A stretch of 56,899 nt of DNA, the filler included, from Basidioascus undulatus (Eukaryota), in the NCBI GenBank assembly GCA_000826855.1. It is 7 parts of 7 records of this genome, joined end to end, with 100 filler letters (N's around TTAATTAATTAA, not from the genome) between each part and the next. Parts side by side here need not be neighbours in the genome. Positions count along the whole stretch, not along the records: positions 24,480 to 32,522 come from JTLS01001448.1; positions 32,623 to 40,657 come from JTLS01001449.1; 5 more parts are not named here. One strand, 5' to 3'. Below are positions 26,249-37,640 of the stretch, one piece after another. Position 1 is the stretch's first letter, and each line of letters begins with the position of its first letter. The notes beneath the pieces are model-generated. The model saw only the letters and a program-made list of their open reading frames with translations, had not been told where the DNA came from and did not search any database. Made by a program: the position numbers and the translations under genes.

Positions 26249-26599
26249 GATGGGGCGGAGGGGGGCGGGGCGGAGATTGTACAAAGAGGGAGGCGTTCAT
26301 GGGTATATTACTATGGCTTCGAAGATATGGAGCATATGAGCTTGATTGATTTTGGCGCAGTTCAGTGGGCGTGGGCGCTCGACAGGGACGCGGTCCCGCG
26401 CCCGTGCATGCTTGCCCCTCCTTGCTGAAGATGGGCAGAGGTGCCTCTATCGGCCCCCAGATCCTGGCGACCGAGCGATGCCCTTTAGTTCCCTTCCATC
26501 CAAGATATCGTTGACATGCGCGCCGCAGGCTTCGCGGTCATAACCAACTCGAGTCCCTGAAGCTATGGCCGCTCGGCGGCTGCATTGTATCTCGGACCA

Positions 26600-27430
26600 C
26601 GTCCAATGAGGAGTGATTGGCGCGATTCTTTGGTCATAAAGCAAATGATATCTTGCACATGTTACACGCTGTCTTCGTAAAGCAGAAGAAAACCTGGTCC
26701 AGTCGCTGCGCTACAACGCACCACCGGCATCGACTCCGCACCCCGTGGGAACTCGTCCTGCTCCACTGGCTCTGTAACATTTGCTGGATCGCCGAAGTTA
26801 ATACAAAGTAAATGTTGACGAGCTTGAAGAAAAATTTCCGGGGCGCTGCCGACTTGGCTTTTAAGGCCGAACTACACTGGACGCCATTTGGACGCTGCGA
26901 CCTGTTGTTGAAGCCGTGGATTACCCTCAAGATCGAAGCGCAAGAAGGCATGGGGTCTGTAGATACCGAGCACTTGTATAGATCGCATAACGAAGCTGAC
27001 GTCTGAATGCAGTACACGAACTTCGCGCTTGTCCCGTGACTGTTTCGTGACTGAATTCCCCTTCTCAGTTTTGTAAAATGCGGTCTTTCGGCGTGAACTG
27101 CCTTGGACGTTCCAGGGGGACAAACACGCCAAGTCCGAAGGAGAGACGGACGCCATCAGACACGCTGGGTACGCTGGGCAGCGCGTGCCTTCTTGATAAG
27201 AGAGAAAGCTTGCACCGCTGCCCTGTAGTGACGAAGCGGTTTCCTGATTTATAATGTCCCGGTTGATGGGCATGCACCGCGTGCTCAGCCGTGCTCCCCG
27301 TCGCTTAGCGGCCGGAATCGCATCTTGCAACTGGCGACCGGTCAGTGAAGTCTTGGGATAGGCATACCAAGATGTATTATACAGGAAACAACGTCAAATG
27401 GCTAATACTTGCTTAGCCAAGACCCACAAG
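26600..27430 (+). mobile_element. Possible highly degraded hAT transposase fragment
   Basis: PRGNS near 26745 resembles TRWNS, followed by ELHWTPFGRCDLLLKPWITLKI, which resembles the hAT W..l.dlLkpf..aT pattern. Stops and frameshifts throughout. Confidence 0.3.
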
Positions 27431-28803
27431 AATGCTCGTTGTTAAGGAGATGTGCAGTGAAAAGCGAGTGTGTCCCATTGATGCACCCATGGCAACTTCA
27501 CATTCCCCAAAGTCGCACGGCCGCAGTATAGGGGACATTGAAACGGCTGGCCATTCCTTTTATTTACAGCTGAGAGAACAACCTCAATTTCAGTGCCTGG
27601 AAGCACATAAGGACACTCCTTTCCGTATCGGCAAAGTGCACAGTCACTTCTCGCGTCTCCTTGTTAAGTATTTTGAACAAGCACACACACATTCATAACC
27701 TGGGATTCTTCACAGTTAGGCCCCTCCATCAAATACTGCAACCAAGGCAGCCGTCGTCCTTCAATAGGCCATTGGCCCATTGCACGAGCATGAGAAAGAA
27801 AAGAGCGATGCGATTGAATCTTTGGACGCCGCCGCGGCCAGTATGAAGCCGTAGCCGTACGTCGGCTACCCATCTCGAGGAATGCGGTTTCAACATTTCG
27901 TTCAGGATGTATTTGCCATTTGCAAGTCGTTTATGAGCAGTCGGCGAACTCAGCTGCGATAGCGACCTGCAGCCTTCCCCGTGAGACGACGAAACCCGTG
28001 GGCAACCTGCGCGTGATCCAGAAACCGCAACGCTACCGCATGCAAGGCATATCAAAGCACGTAGGCCGAGCGCTCGGTATTCTCTTCCTCGGTGCTCCGG
28101 AGGTGCAGGGCAGTCTAAGCCTTTTCTACTTGCCCTGCCTTATTCGGAAGTCACAGTGAAAAATTGAAGGTCGAATACGAAGACAGCGAAGAATCACATG
28201 GTACCCACATGTTACTGTCACAAACTGACGGCTCGCGGTCTCGGTCGCCGGCATGGTTCGTTATAAAAGGCCAAAATACAGTACTTTCTTCGCGAAGTTT
28301 GAAGAGCTTGTGGTTGTTCGATTCGAGCTTGAGCGGGAGTCGATGGAGCTCTCTGCGCAGCTTTCGAGATCTGGACCTTGCCAGTTATATCATTTCGACC
28401 GGAGCGTCCGGAGTGCGGAGCGCTTGCCCCCGGGCCTCACAGAATTATTCTCGAAGACGGTGCAAGTGCTGCTGGACCCCGGACGGAACGACGCGTGCGG
28501 AAGCAAGAAGGCGCGATCAGGGCCGGGAAAATGACGTGTATGTGGCAGGTCAAGCTGAACCGAGCAGGCGGTAAAAGGCGAGGCTGGCCAGTCGGCTCGC
28601 TGATCCCCGAGAAGGCGCCTCTCTTTTGCTCCTCTTCCCTTTCCCATCACCATCATCACACCCAAGACCCTGCTCTTTATTCTACAACGCATTCCCATCC
28701 ATACCCATACCGAATAGCCAGACCGCTATTCACCACACAGTACCACCGTACCCTCCTCACTGTTACCTGCATTCACCTCCCTACCCCGACCCAGACCCAC
28801 ACC

Positions 28804-30577
28804 ATGACCGATAAGCTCTACGACGACGTCCGCGGCGTCGAGGCCAAGATCAAGGAGCTCCAGAAGAAGGAGGCGCCCCTCCCCAACTTTGGCCCGGCGT
28901 CCTTCGAGATCGACGCCGTCCTCTTCGGTGCGTCCCTGTCATCCCGCTCGATAGTCTCACATGCAATGAAGGTCTAATTGGGCTTGCTTTTACGTTTGGC
29001 CGATTTAGACATGGACGGAACGCTTGAGGCTCTTCCCTAGACATCTAGGCTGTTGTTCAGGGGTCGCTGACCTTGGGTAGCGGTAGACAGGCTCGTAAAC
29101 TCGATCGCCGCGGTCGAGGCCGCATGGGGGCAGGTTGCGGACGAGATTGGGCAGGACCGTGACTACGTTATCAAGGTGAGCTTTATCACGGCATCGTTGC
29201 AGCCAATCCCATAAGAGATCCGCTCAACGTCTTTGTCTTCCATCCACTCAGGCGACCCACGGCCGTCGCGCGTCCGACAACCTGAAGAAGGTACGTTGAT
29301 TCTGTAATCTCCACTGAATCCCTCCTAGTTACTCACAGTCATAGTCGCGTCCTCTCTTGCAGTTCAAGCCTTTCCTGAAGGAGCACGAGATTGACAAGGA
29401 GGTGCAGAAGTTTGAGCAGGTGTGCCTCCGTCTCAGTCTCCGCCTCGCGCCCTGCTCAGCCCCATGTGACCCCTTCGGAATATTCACAGAGCATCCTCGA
29501 CCACGCGGACGCATACGAGAACAAGCGCCGCTCGCGTTCCAACTCGCGTACCTCCTCCCAAGGGTCCACACCCGCCTCCTCCCGTCGCGGGTCCGCCGTG
29601 TCCTCGCGCCGCCCCTCCTTCCAGCAGCAGCAGGCGGCCGCGCTCTTCGGGTCCTTCACACCGCTCGACAAGTCGGCCAACTCGTCCCGGGCGAACCTCT
29701 CCTCAAGCGAGCTCACGCGCGAGCTCGCGCGCGCAAAGCTCACGGCTGCGACGGACGAGGCGGAGACGGGCGTGGAGAGCAGCGCGGTGGACTTGGAGGA
29801 GGACGAGGACGACCTGAGCGACCTCGGCGAGGACATGAGCGTCCAGATTTTGCCGGGCGTGCGGAGCCTCATCGACTCCCTGCCTGAGGGCCGGTACGCC
29901 GTCGCCACGTCCGGCGCGAGGACGTACGCGTATGGTGCGATGGAGCGTGCTGGGATCGTCCCGCCCAAGGTGCGTTCTTGCTCTCTTCCTTCGCTATCCC
30001 TCCTGTTGCTTCTCCCCCGAACCCCTCTTGTCCCCCCGCGAACCGGATATTGACATCTTGTGTCCCTCCCGCAGATCACCATCACTGCCGAGGACCCGCG
30101 CCTGGGCAACGGCAAGCCGTACCCGGATCCGTTCGTGCTCGCGGCGCGGGAGCTCGGATACGACCCCAAGTACTGCATGGTCGTCGAGGACTCGCCGTCG
30201 GGTATCATCGCCGGTGTCGCCTCGGGCGCGACCACCCTCGCCGTCTGCACGTCCCACACGCAGGACCAGATCGAGCGGTGCGGGGCACAATTCCTCACGC
30301 AAAACTTGGAAGCTGTTTGGTGCGTTTTCCTCTCTTGCTTGTGCTCCAGGAGAACCTGGAGACTAATGCATGGGTGGGATCCGACAGGGTCGAGGTCCTC
30401 CCCTCCGGCAAGCTCAAGGTCAACATCGACCCGAGCCGCATCACGTCCGAGATCAAGCACGACGCGACCACGGACGTCGGGCCGAACTTCAAGCCGTCCT
30501 GGGCCCGGAAGGAGGACAAGAAGGAGGCCAAGGCCAAGGCCGAGGCGGAGAAGCAGGCTGCGGAGGCGACGGCGTGA
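28804..30577 (+). CDS. HAD-superfamily phosphatase (glycerol-3-phosphate/2-deoxyglucose-6-phosphate phosphatase-like)
   Basis: Spliced motif I FDMDGTLVNS, ATHGRRA, ILPGVRSL, motif II AVATSG, motif III GKPYPDPF, motif IV VVEDSPSGI, and AVCTSH. Confidence 0.93.
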
Positions 30578-31193
30578 ACACGAACTCGAACCTGACTTCC
30601 TCTTCTCCCCTCTCTCCTCTCTCCTCTCCTTTCTGTCCCATTCCTTCCGTCCTTTCTTGAACCTTTGCAGGTACCCTCCCCCGCATCCTCACGCATTCCC
30701 CTCACCGCCATTTTAGTATTTCGTCTGCCGTCCCGTGAACCCTGCGCTCTCCCCCACTGCGCCCTCCTGATTGCGCTAGAATTCTGTAGTCCCGGACTGT
30801 AGTATTCCCATCCCTGAGCTGATACCTGACTAACGCATGGAGCAAACGACGTCTATCTTCTGCAGCATGCTAGTTTGCGGTCTGTCCGGAGCGGCAGCTG
30901 TGAGAACCTCGCGAATTGTGCTGAGGTGCCTCGTTCGGCAGAAGCACGAAATGCTTTGGAAATGTATAATGTATCTTGTAGTTTTGATCAGGCGAACCTC
31001 GCCGTTGACTGTCAGAAAGACAAATTCGTGGTTCATAAACCGAACCTCGAGCGTCTTCTATGCGACGCGACGCCGGCGCGTCGCTCTCCGTGGCGCCGTA
31101 AAGTCCGACTCGTGCGCGCGATCTTATGTTTTCCACCTCCTCCCTCCATTTCCCCCATTCCCACATCCGCCCTCCCGCCGACCACTCCCAACC

Positions 31194-32522
31194 ATGTCCG
31201 CCGCCCAACCGATCACGATCCCTTACTCTGCTCTGATAAACCCCCCGGCCTCGCTCGCAGCCGACATCGCGGCCGCCTTCGGCTCCGGCCCAGAATGCCT
31301 CGGCATCATCGTTGTCACTGGCCTCCCGCCCGAATTCAAGGGAATGCGCGAGCGCCTTCTCAGGGTCGGGGAGAAGTTTGCTGGGCTCGCGTGGGAGAGG
31401 CGCGAGCGGTATGCGGATGGGGAGAGCCGCTGGAGCTGTGCGTTGTCTTCTTTCTTCAACTTCGAGACCGTGATGGAGAGCTGATGCAAGGAATGTCAGT
31501 CGGCTGGAGCTGGGGGAAGGAGATCATGAACGGGAAGCCGGTGGGTTGCAGGGTCTGACGGAAACTCTGTATGGGAGGGGAAGCTGAAGCTGAGGCGTCT
31601 TGGGCGAAAAGGACACCCTCAAGGGCTCGTACTACGCGAACCCGCTCCTGGACAAGCCGGATGTGTCGGACGAGCTCAGGGAAAAGCACCCGGAGTACTA
31701 CAAGGTGCATAGCATCTCCGTGTTTGCAGGACTTGTGAGCTGACAGGACGTGAGTGCAGGGCAACATCTGGCCGGACGAGGAGAGGGAGAAGGAGATCGC
31801 GGGGTTCCAGGCGGCTTTCAAGGAGCTTGGCAAGTGCGCCTCTTTGATAGCTTCGTAATTGAACGACTGGGAGACGGAAGCTGACGTGAGGGTTGCGGTT
31901 CGACAGGTTCATCTTCGACACGGGCTTGCTTCTCGCGGAAGCATGCGAGTCGTTCGGTGCGTTCCTGCCCATTTCTCCTCCCCACCATGCACCTCATAGT
32001 TGGCACTTGACCAATACCCGCCTCCAGTCGCGCCCAACCTTCAAATCACGGGCGCCTCCTCCGCGCTCGCCGGCCTCTTGCGCAGCTCGAACGCCCACAA
32101 GGCGCGTCTGCTGCACTACTTCCCCGCGCCGCCCTCGGGCGACGGGGACGAAGGCGACGACGAGGACTCATGGTGCGGCTGGCATCTTGACCACTCTTTG
32201 ATCACGGGCCTCGTCTCCGCCATGTACCTCTTTCACCCCTCGGGCGCGCCGGTGGAGCCGATCCCGAACCCGCACGAGAAGGCGGGGCTGTACATCCGTT
32301 CTCGTAGTGGGGCGCTCAACAAGGTGCGCTGCAATTACTCATCAGCTTCAAAGAGGAAGGAACGCTGAATATGCGAGGGAGTGATCGAATAGGTCGCGAT
32401 CCCCGCGGACGCCCTGGCGTTCCAGACCGGCGAGGCACTCGAACTGTCTACGGGCGGGCGCCTCCGCGCGACACCACACTGCGTGCGCGGGGGCGGGAAG
32501 GGGAGTATGACGCTGGCGGACG
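31194..32522 (+). CDS. 2-oxoglutarate/Fe(II)-dependent oxygenase (clavaminate synthase-like), 3'-truncated
   Basis: AFGSGPECLGIIVVTGLP, GWSWGKEIMNGKPDTLKGSYYANP, KARLLHYFP, WCGWHLDHSLITGL (HxD), AFQTGEALE and LRATPHCV. Confidence 0.92.
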
Positions 32523-32622
32523 NNNNNNNNNNNNNNNNNNNNNNNNNNNNNNNNNNNNNNNNNNNNTTAATTAATTAANNNNNNNNNNNNNNNNNNNNNN
32601 NNNNNNNNNNNNNNNNNNNNNN
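32523..32622. other. Artificial contig spacer
   Basis: N run with TTAATTAATTAA. Confidence 0.99.
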
Positions 32623-34399
32623 CCGAGCTTCAAGCGGAAGAGCACGGGGAGGGGGAGAGCGTGCGGGGGGAGGGGTAGGTCGCAGGGGAGGAGGAGGACT
32701 GCATCGAGAGGAAGGTCAGCGCTTGCAGGAAATGCCCGCATATGAGGGGAACTCACAATTGCGTTGGAGAATTGGGACGACTGCAAACCATTTGAAGCCA
32801 TGCTGAAGGTACTCGGCGCCGACGAGATGTAGGGCAAATGGGGATGAGGATGTTGGTGTTGGTGGGTCGGAGTGTGAGTGGGAGTGGCAAGGGGGAAGAC
32901 GCGCCCTTCATGCGTCGTCGAGGAGGGTTATGTTTCCCTGTTGGCTCTTTGAACAGGCATGTGAAAGACGCATGCACGCGCTATCCACAGTGTCAACAGG
33001 TCCGACGCCGCGACGGGGCGGAACGAGCGGAGGGCACGCGGCAGCGGGCCGGGAGCGTTGCGCAACGACACAAACACGGCTTGAAAGGGACAGGCTTGCG
33101 CGAGTGAGAGGGAGTCGTTTTCGCGGAAGATTGGGAATGGGGCCAATGAATGGGAGCAGATAAGAGCGGTAATTTGGTGAGGATGCGGATCGCTGTAGTG
33201 GGGAAGGCCCCGACTTGGGCTGTGAAGGCCGGCGGTCGTTGACGCTGCGCCCTGTGAGTGGCAACGAGATACACAGCACCTCTTGAGCCCCGGAAGGTCA
33301 CCAGCTCAACGAAATGAAAGGGTTAACGATGGGCGCAGCTCGTGACTCGCAAGGAGGAGTAGCTGAAAAAAGAAAGGAAGGTAAACAAACAAGCAGACGT
33401 CGCGTTGCGCTCCTCGTGTCAGGAGAGGCAACGTTCCGACCACGACCTCAGGGTCCCAATCTCCGCTTTTTAGGCCTGTATCTGTTATATTACCCAGGTA
33501 TTTGCAAGGTGGACTCGAAATATGCTGCATATCCCAGCGGAAAGCAAACATCGGGCAGTTGGCGTTGTTCGAGAACGCAACACCTGCTCTTTCTTTGTGT
33601 GAGCCTCAACCAGTTTCATGTATCAACACCATCCCCCTCCTTAAATAAAGACAAAAATAGTCTCGAGCAGCCTCGGCCCTCGATATCCCACTCTTCTGCC
33701 CAAGCCAGCACTGGCAGACACGCGAAGTCACAGCCAGTGCTGCCAGCACCGCGACGTGTGTGGGCCCATATAGTTTTCTACCGCTGGGGTTCTACCGAGA
33801 TACAAGGAGAAGTCGGAAATTGTGTGGGTCCAACTCAGGAACTGACCATTGCACCCACGCGCTGGGCCCAAGTCGGCGCACGGCCAATGCTCTCTCCTCG
33901 ATCCTCTCCCAGCAGCTTACACATGAAATTCAATGTCCTATACTGACCATTTTTACGAGCATGGGCTGCGCACTTGCTCAACAGCGTGCATTTTTCAAAG
34001 TTGCAGCCTTGCATACGATTGTCCCTCCGTTTGCCTAACTAACCCCACTGTTCTTTCGATGGAAGCTTCCGAACATCATACAGTTGGAGGGTTTCTTTTT
34101 GTTTAAGATATATACGGATGTTGAGGCTGTCTGTCACCTCCGTTTGCCAGGCAGCGCGCCGCCGGTTCAGAAGGATTTTGTTCGAACGCTCTCGAGAAAG
34201 CCTAGATTTAGTTGAGATATAGTAACAATGGCTGCTGCTTATCTTATACTCCCGGCGATCAAACGTTGCGAGCACAGCTGTTTGGCATGATCCCTTAAGC
34301 AGGTCGCGAAGCACGACCGGCTGGTTCTTGTCCACTCCATGGGCCGGAAGGTCGCTCCTCTGAGCGGGTTTGGGCTAAGCGTACGGTTATACCATGGTT

Positions 34400-35382
34400 T
34401 TCACACTGCAGTGCCATCAACCTCCTCTGCTCTTTCAGGGCTGCACGTGCCATGCCCTTCCGGTACTTTTATTTAACTTCAAGAACCTCACGTGCGCTCC
34501 TATCTGTCAGCAGCTACATTACACCTTCTTTGAGGTTGACGAGGCCTATTTGCGCGAGGAGGACGAGAAGATGAGCAACCTGATTTGCCTCACATTCTCA
34601 GGCTGTAGTGCCGTGCCGTTTAAACTGCAGACGCTGATTGCCTTCTCACCATTTCTAAAACACTGGTTTGGTTCGCCATAGCATCCTCACTAATTTTACT
34701 CCTTCTCTCGGAAGTTCCCTGATAAAACGCGAGGCGTTCGGGAACATCGCCCAGCTACCGCCCCCCGTCGGTCTAGAGATCTCACTGTTTCTGTTTTTAT
34801 TGTATACTGACTGTGTATTGCATGTCAGATTGTACATACAAAAGTGGGCGCCAGCGCAGAAGCCAAGATCCAGCCTCTCCCAACAATCATGTACCCAATC
34901 AGGGGGCTGGTGAAGGTGAAGGACCAGGTTTACGGGTGGTCCTCCATCCTGTTGGTCCTTGAGTCAGATCTTCTTGCATTTTAACATAGAAGGTTACAAA
35001 TACGTATGATGGGATCTAACACTGACATGAATACCATTTCTACATGGTTTTCCAGCTTATGAAGGGTTACTTTGCTATTCCTGCTGCCAGCATCGATGTA
35101 GAGCGCGTCTTGTCTTTGTCCGCCCTCATGTGCTTTACCAATGTGTGTATCTCTTACATTTTAATTTAGACTGTAATGCATGGGAAGCCGAGCATCAGAG
35201 AGGGGTTGTGGATGTAGCCGGTTTCATATGAGGAGGCTTTCAATCGAAACCTTCCAGATGAAGCAAAAGAGGAACGCAGGTCTTGCCTAGTGTATTGGCT
35301 AGTTTTCTACAATTACTGCATAGACTTTTTAAAACTGTTTAAACTGTTTTCGACTGTATCGGTTTGTGTCTATGGTAACCTG
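34400..35382 (+). mobile_element. hAT DNA transposon 3' remnant (dimerisation domain plus possible terminus)
   Basis: LMKGYFAIPAASIDVERVLSLS at ~35057-35125 matches the hAT C-terminal motif (LaIPAtS..vERvFS). Context is AT-rich and degraded. Short ACTGT repeats and a ...GGTAACCTG end at 35382 could be a terminal inverted repeat. Confidence 0.7.
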
Positions 35383-36073
35383 CATACATAAACAAAACAT
35401 CTACGTCAGTCTCACGTCTTTCGTCAAAGACGCCTCAGGACTGCGTAAGCAGTGGTATAAGCTGATTGTTGTTCTAAATTTTTCTGACGTGGATTTTTTG
35501 GCCTGGGATGCGGTGGCTAGAAGACTTTTGTAGACCGAGACAGTTGGCATGCGGCGGGGGAAAAAGGATCTGAAGAGTGGCATGGATATGAGACATGCTC
35601 TTTCTCCGAAAGAACACACAAAAAACTGCATGATGGTAAAGTTGATGTTCATGCGTAAACAATATCCTACCAAAGCTGTAAACTGGCATCTGTGTGGTTC
35701 AAGAGTGCGAAGCTGTCTGGATGCACAGAGGCGCAGGGTGAACATTGACTGGATGTCGGCCGTAGGAATACATCTGTTAACATGACTGATTCTTTAAATA
35801 TTGTGGGGACAGTAAGATTGCTTGCAGCTATGCAAGCAGTGTTCCTTTTTTCTGCCTGGATGCGGCGGCATTCTTGCATACATTTCTGTGTTAGATTCTA
35901 CCATTGCGGTGGTCGTGTGCTGTGCCGCCGCACGGCGTTTTGGGGTGGTCATGGTCGCCGGACAGCACAAACAGCACACCAGCCTGCCAGTGCCAGTCGC
36001 ATACGGGTTGTCTTCCTCCCCCATCATCGCCGCCCACCTTCACACTTTTCAAGCATTCCAACAATCTACAATT

Positions 36074-37640
36074 ATGGCCCTTCTAACTCTCATCGATCTG
36101 CCTTCCCAGACGCTGATCGACATCTTTGCTCACGTCCCTTCCTCGGCGCTCCCCAACGCCGCCCTGGTCTGCCGACGTCTTCGCCCGATCGCCACGAGCG
36201 CGCTATACCACTCTGTCCAGTTGAGCTTCGAAACCGAGGGAAGGGAGTTCTCTCTTCGAAAGCCTAATGACACTATCGCGGAGTCCTCTTCCATCATGCT
36301 GTTCGCGCGCACGCTCTCCGAGCAGCCTCATCTGGCCGCCGGCATGGACGCGCTGCTCCCTCGACGGCGGATCCTTGAGTTTTGTGCTCCTCATGAAAAT
36401 AGACTTCATCATTCCTGTTGCCTCGGAAACCTTGAGTAATCTGTCCATTTCGTTCCGCTTCAAGGAGGACGACAAGGCCGTCTTTCACGAGGTCGTACGT
36501 TGTCTTTCGGGCATCCCGACCGCCATCGCGGTGCACGCAGCTCACTCCACTGGAGCTCGACTTCGTAAACGTACACGAAGCGACTAACGAAACTTCGATT
36601 TTTCGCGGCGTCCCCTTCACCGTCGAGATCGACACGGAATGGCGCTCTGCACAGTCACTCCAGCGGATCAAACTCGAAGGCTCCCTTCTCTTGAGCTCGC
36701 TGACCGCTCTGTCAATTATGACGACTTTTCTGCTTGCCCAAGAGACCAAAATACGCTCGCTCGAGCTGGTGTGTCCGACGGTAGGCTACCATGGGGCTTT
36801 CCGCTGCACCGCATAGCCCCTGATCTGACTCGCTCACGCTACTTCGAGTTCGACACCAGTGTTGCGTCTTACCTTTCTCAACACACGCGCATTACCATGA
36901 TTTCCTTGATCTGTTTGATATCACCCAGAAAGAGCGTGTTGGGCCCACTGAGGGAGGACGTGCTACCTCAGCTTCGGTCGCTGGAGACCTTCCCCCAAGC
37001 AGCGCTCCGGATCATCTCCTTGCCCTCGCCCCGGACGCTGCTCGAGCTCGTTCTGCACTCCAAGGAGTACTCTTTAGCTCAGATCAGAGCGGACCTCATC
37101 ACCCTAATCCGCAGCCTCACAGAGACACTTACATCGTTCTTCTCGGTGCCGTCTGCAAGACGACCGAGGCTGTCGACCTGCTTTGCGAGTTCTGCCAAGC
37201 ACTTCCGAACTTGAGGAGCTTTACCGCCCTTCAGGCACGCGAGACAAATCACAAGGTTTTTGTGAGCCACGTCCCGAAACGCTCCATTGATTGTGCAAAA
37301 CCTGACTGCGCAATTTTCGATGCAGCGTGTCGCTAAAGCCCTCGGAACCTTCCCACATCTTGAGAAGCTCGGCTTGACCTTCAAGGGGAAATCCGTGTGT
37401 TTGCGTTGGCATCTTTCACCGACTGCGCTAGGATTGACTGTAATACCTCTGATTCTCAATGCAGCCGGTGGCTAAACCGTTCGGTGGCCTTCTCCGTCTC
37501 GAGAAGCTGGGCCTGACGCTCATGGGAAAAGACGATCACCACATCCCCGGATATTCGCTAACGCCTGCTCAAAACTCTTGCTCTTCACCGCGGACGGCCT
37601 CAACTACTACAGCATCTGGCGCGACGAGTGCGGAAACGTG
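36074..37640 (+). pseudogene. F-box protein with LRR/RNI-like C-terminal region, probably frameshifted
   Basis: N-terminus LIDLPSQTLIDIFAHVPSSALPNAALVCRRLRPIATSALYHSV is an F-box. Downstream LPQLRSLE and FPHLEKLGL are LRR-like. The frame changes near 36780 without a clear intron. Confidence 0.6.

Noticed and set aside
29456..30460. 334-aa minus-strand ORF
   Set aside because: Antisense to the HAD phosphatase exons; a GC-bias artefact.
10160..30577. Apparent cAMP/PKA signalling cluster (cyclase, PAQR receptor, PKA-site phosphatase)
   Set aside because: The genes lie on different, unlinked contigs.
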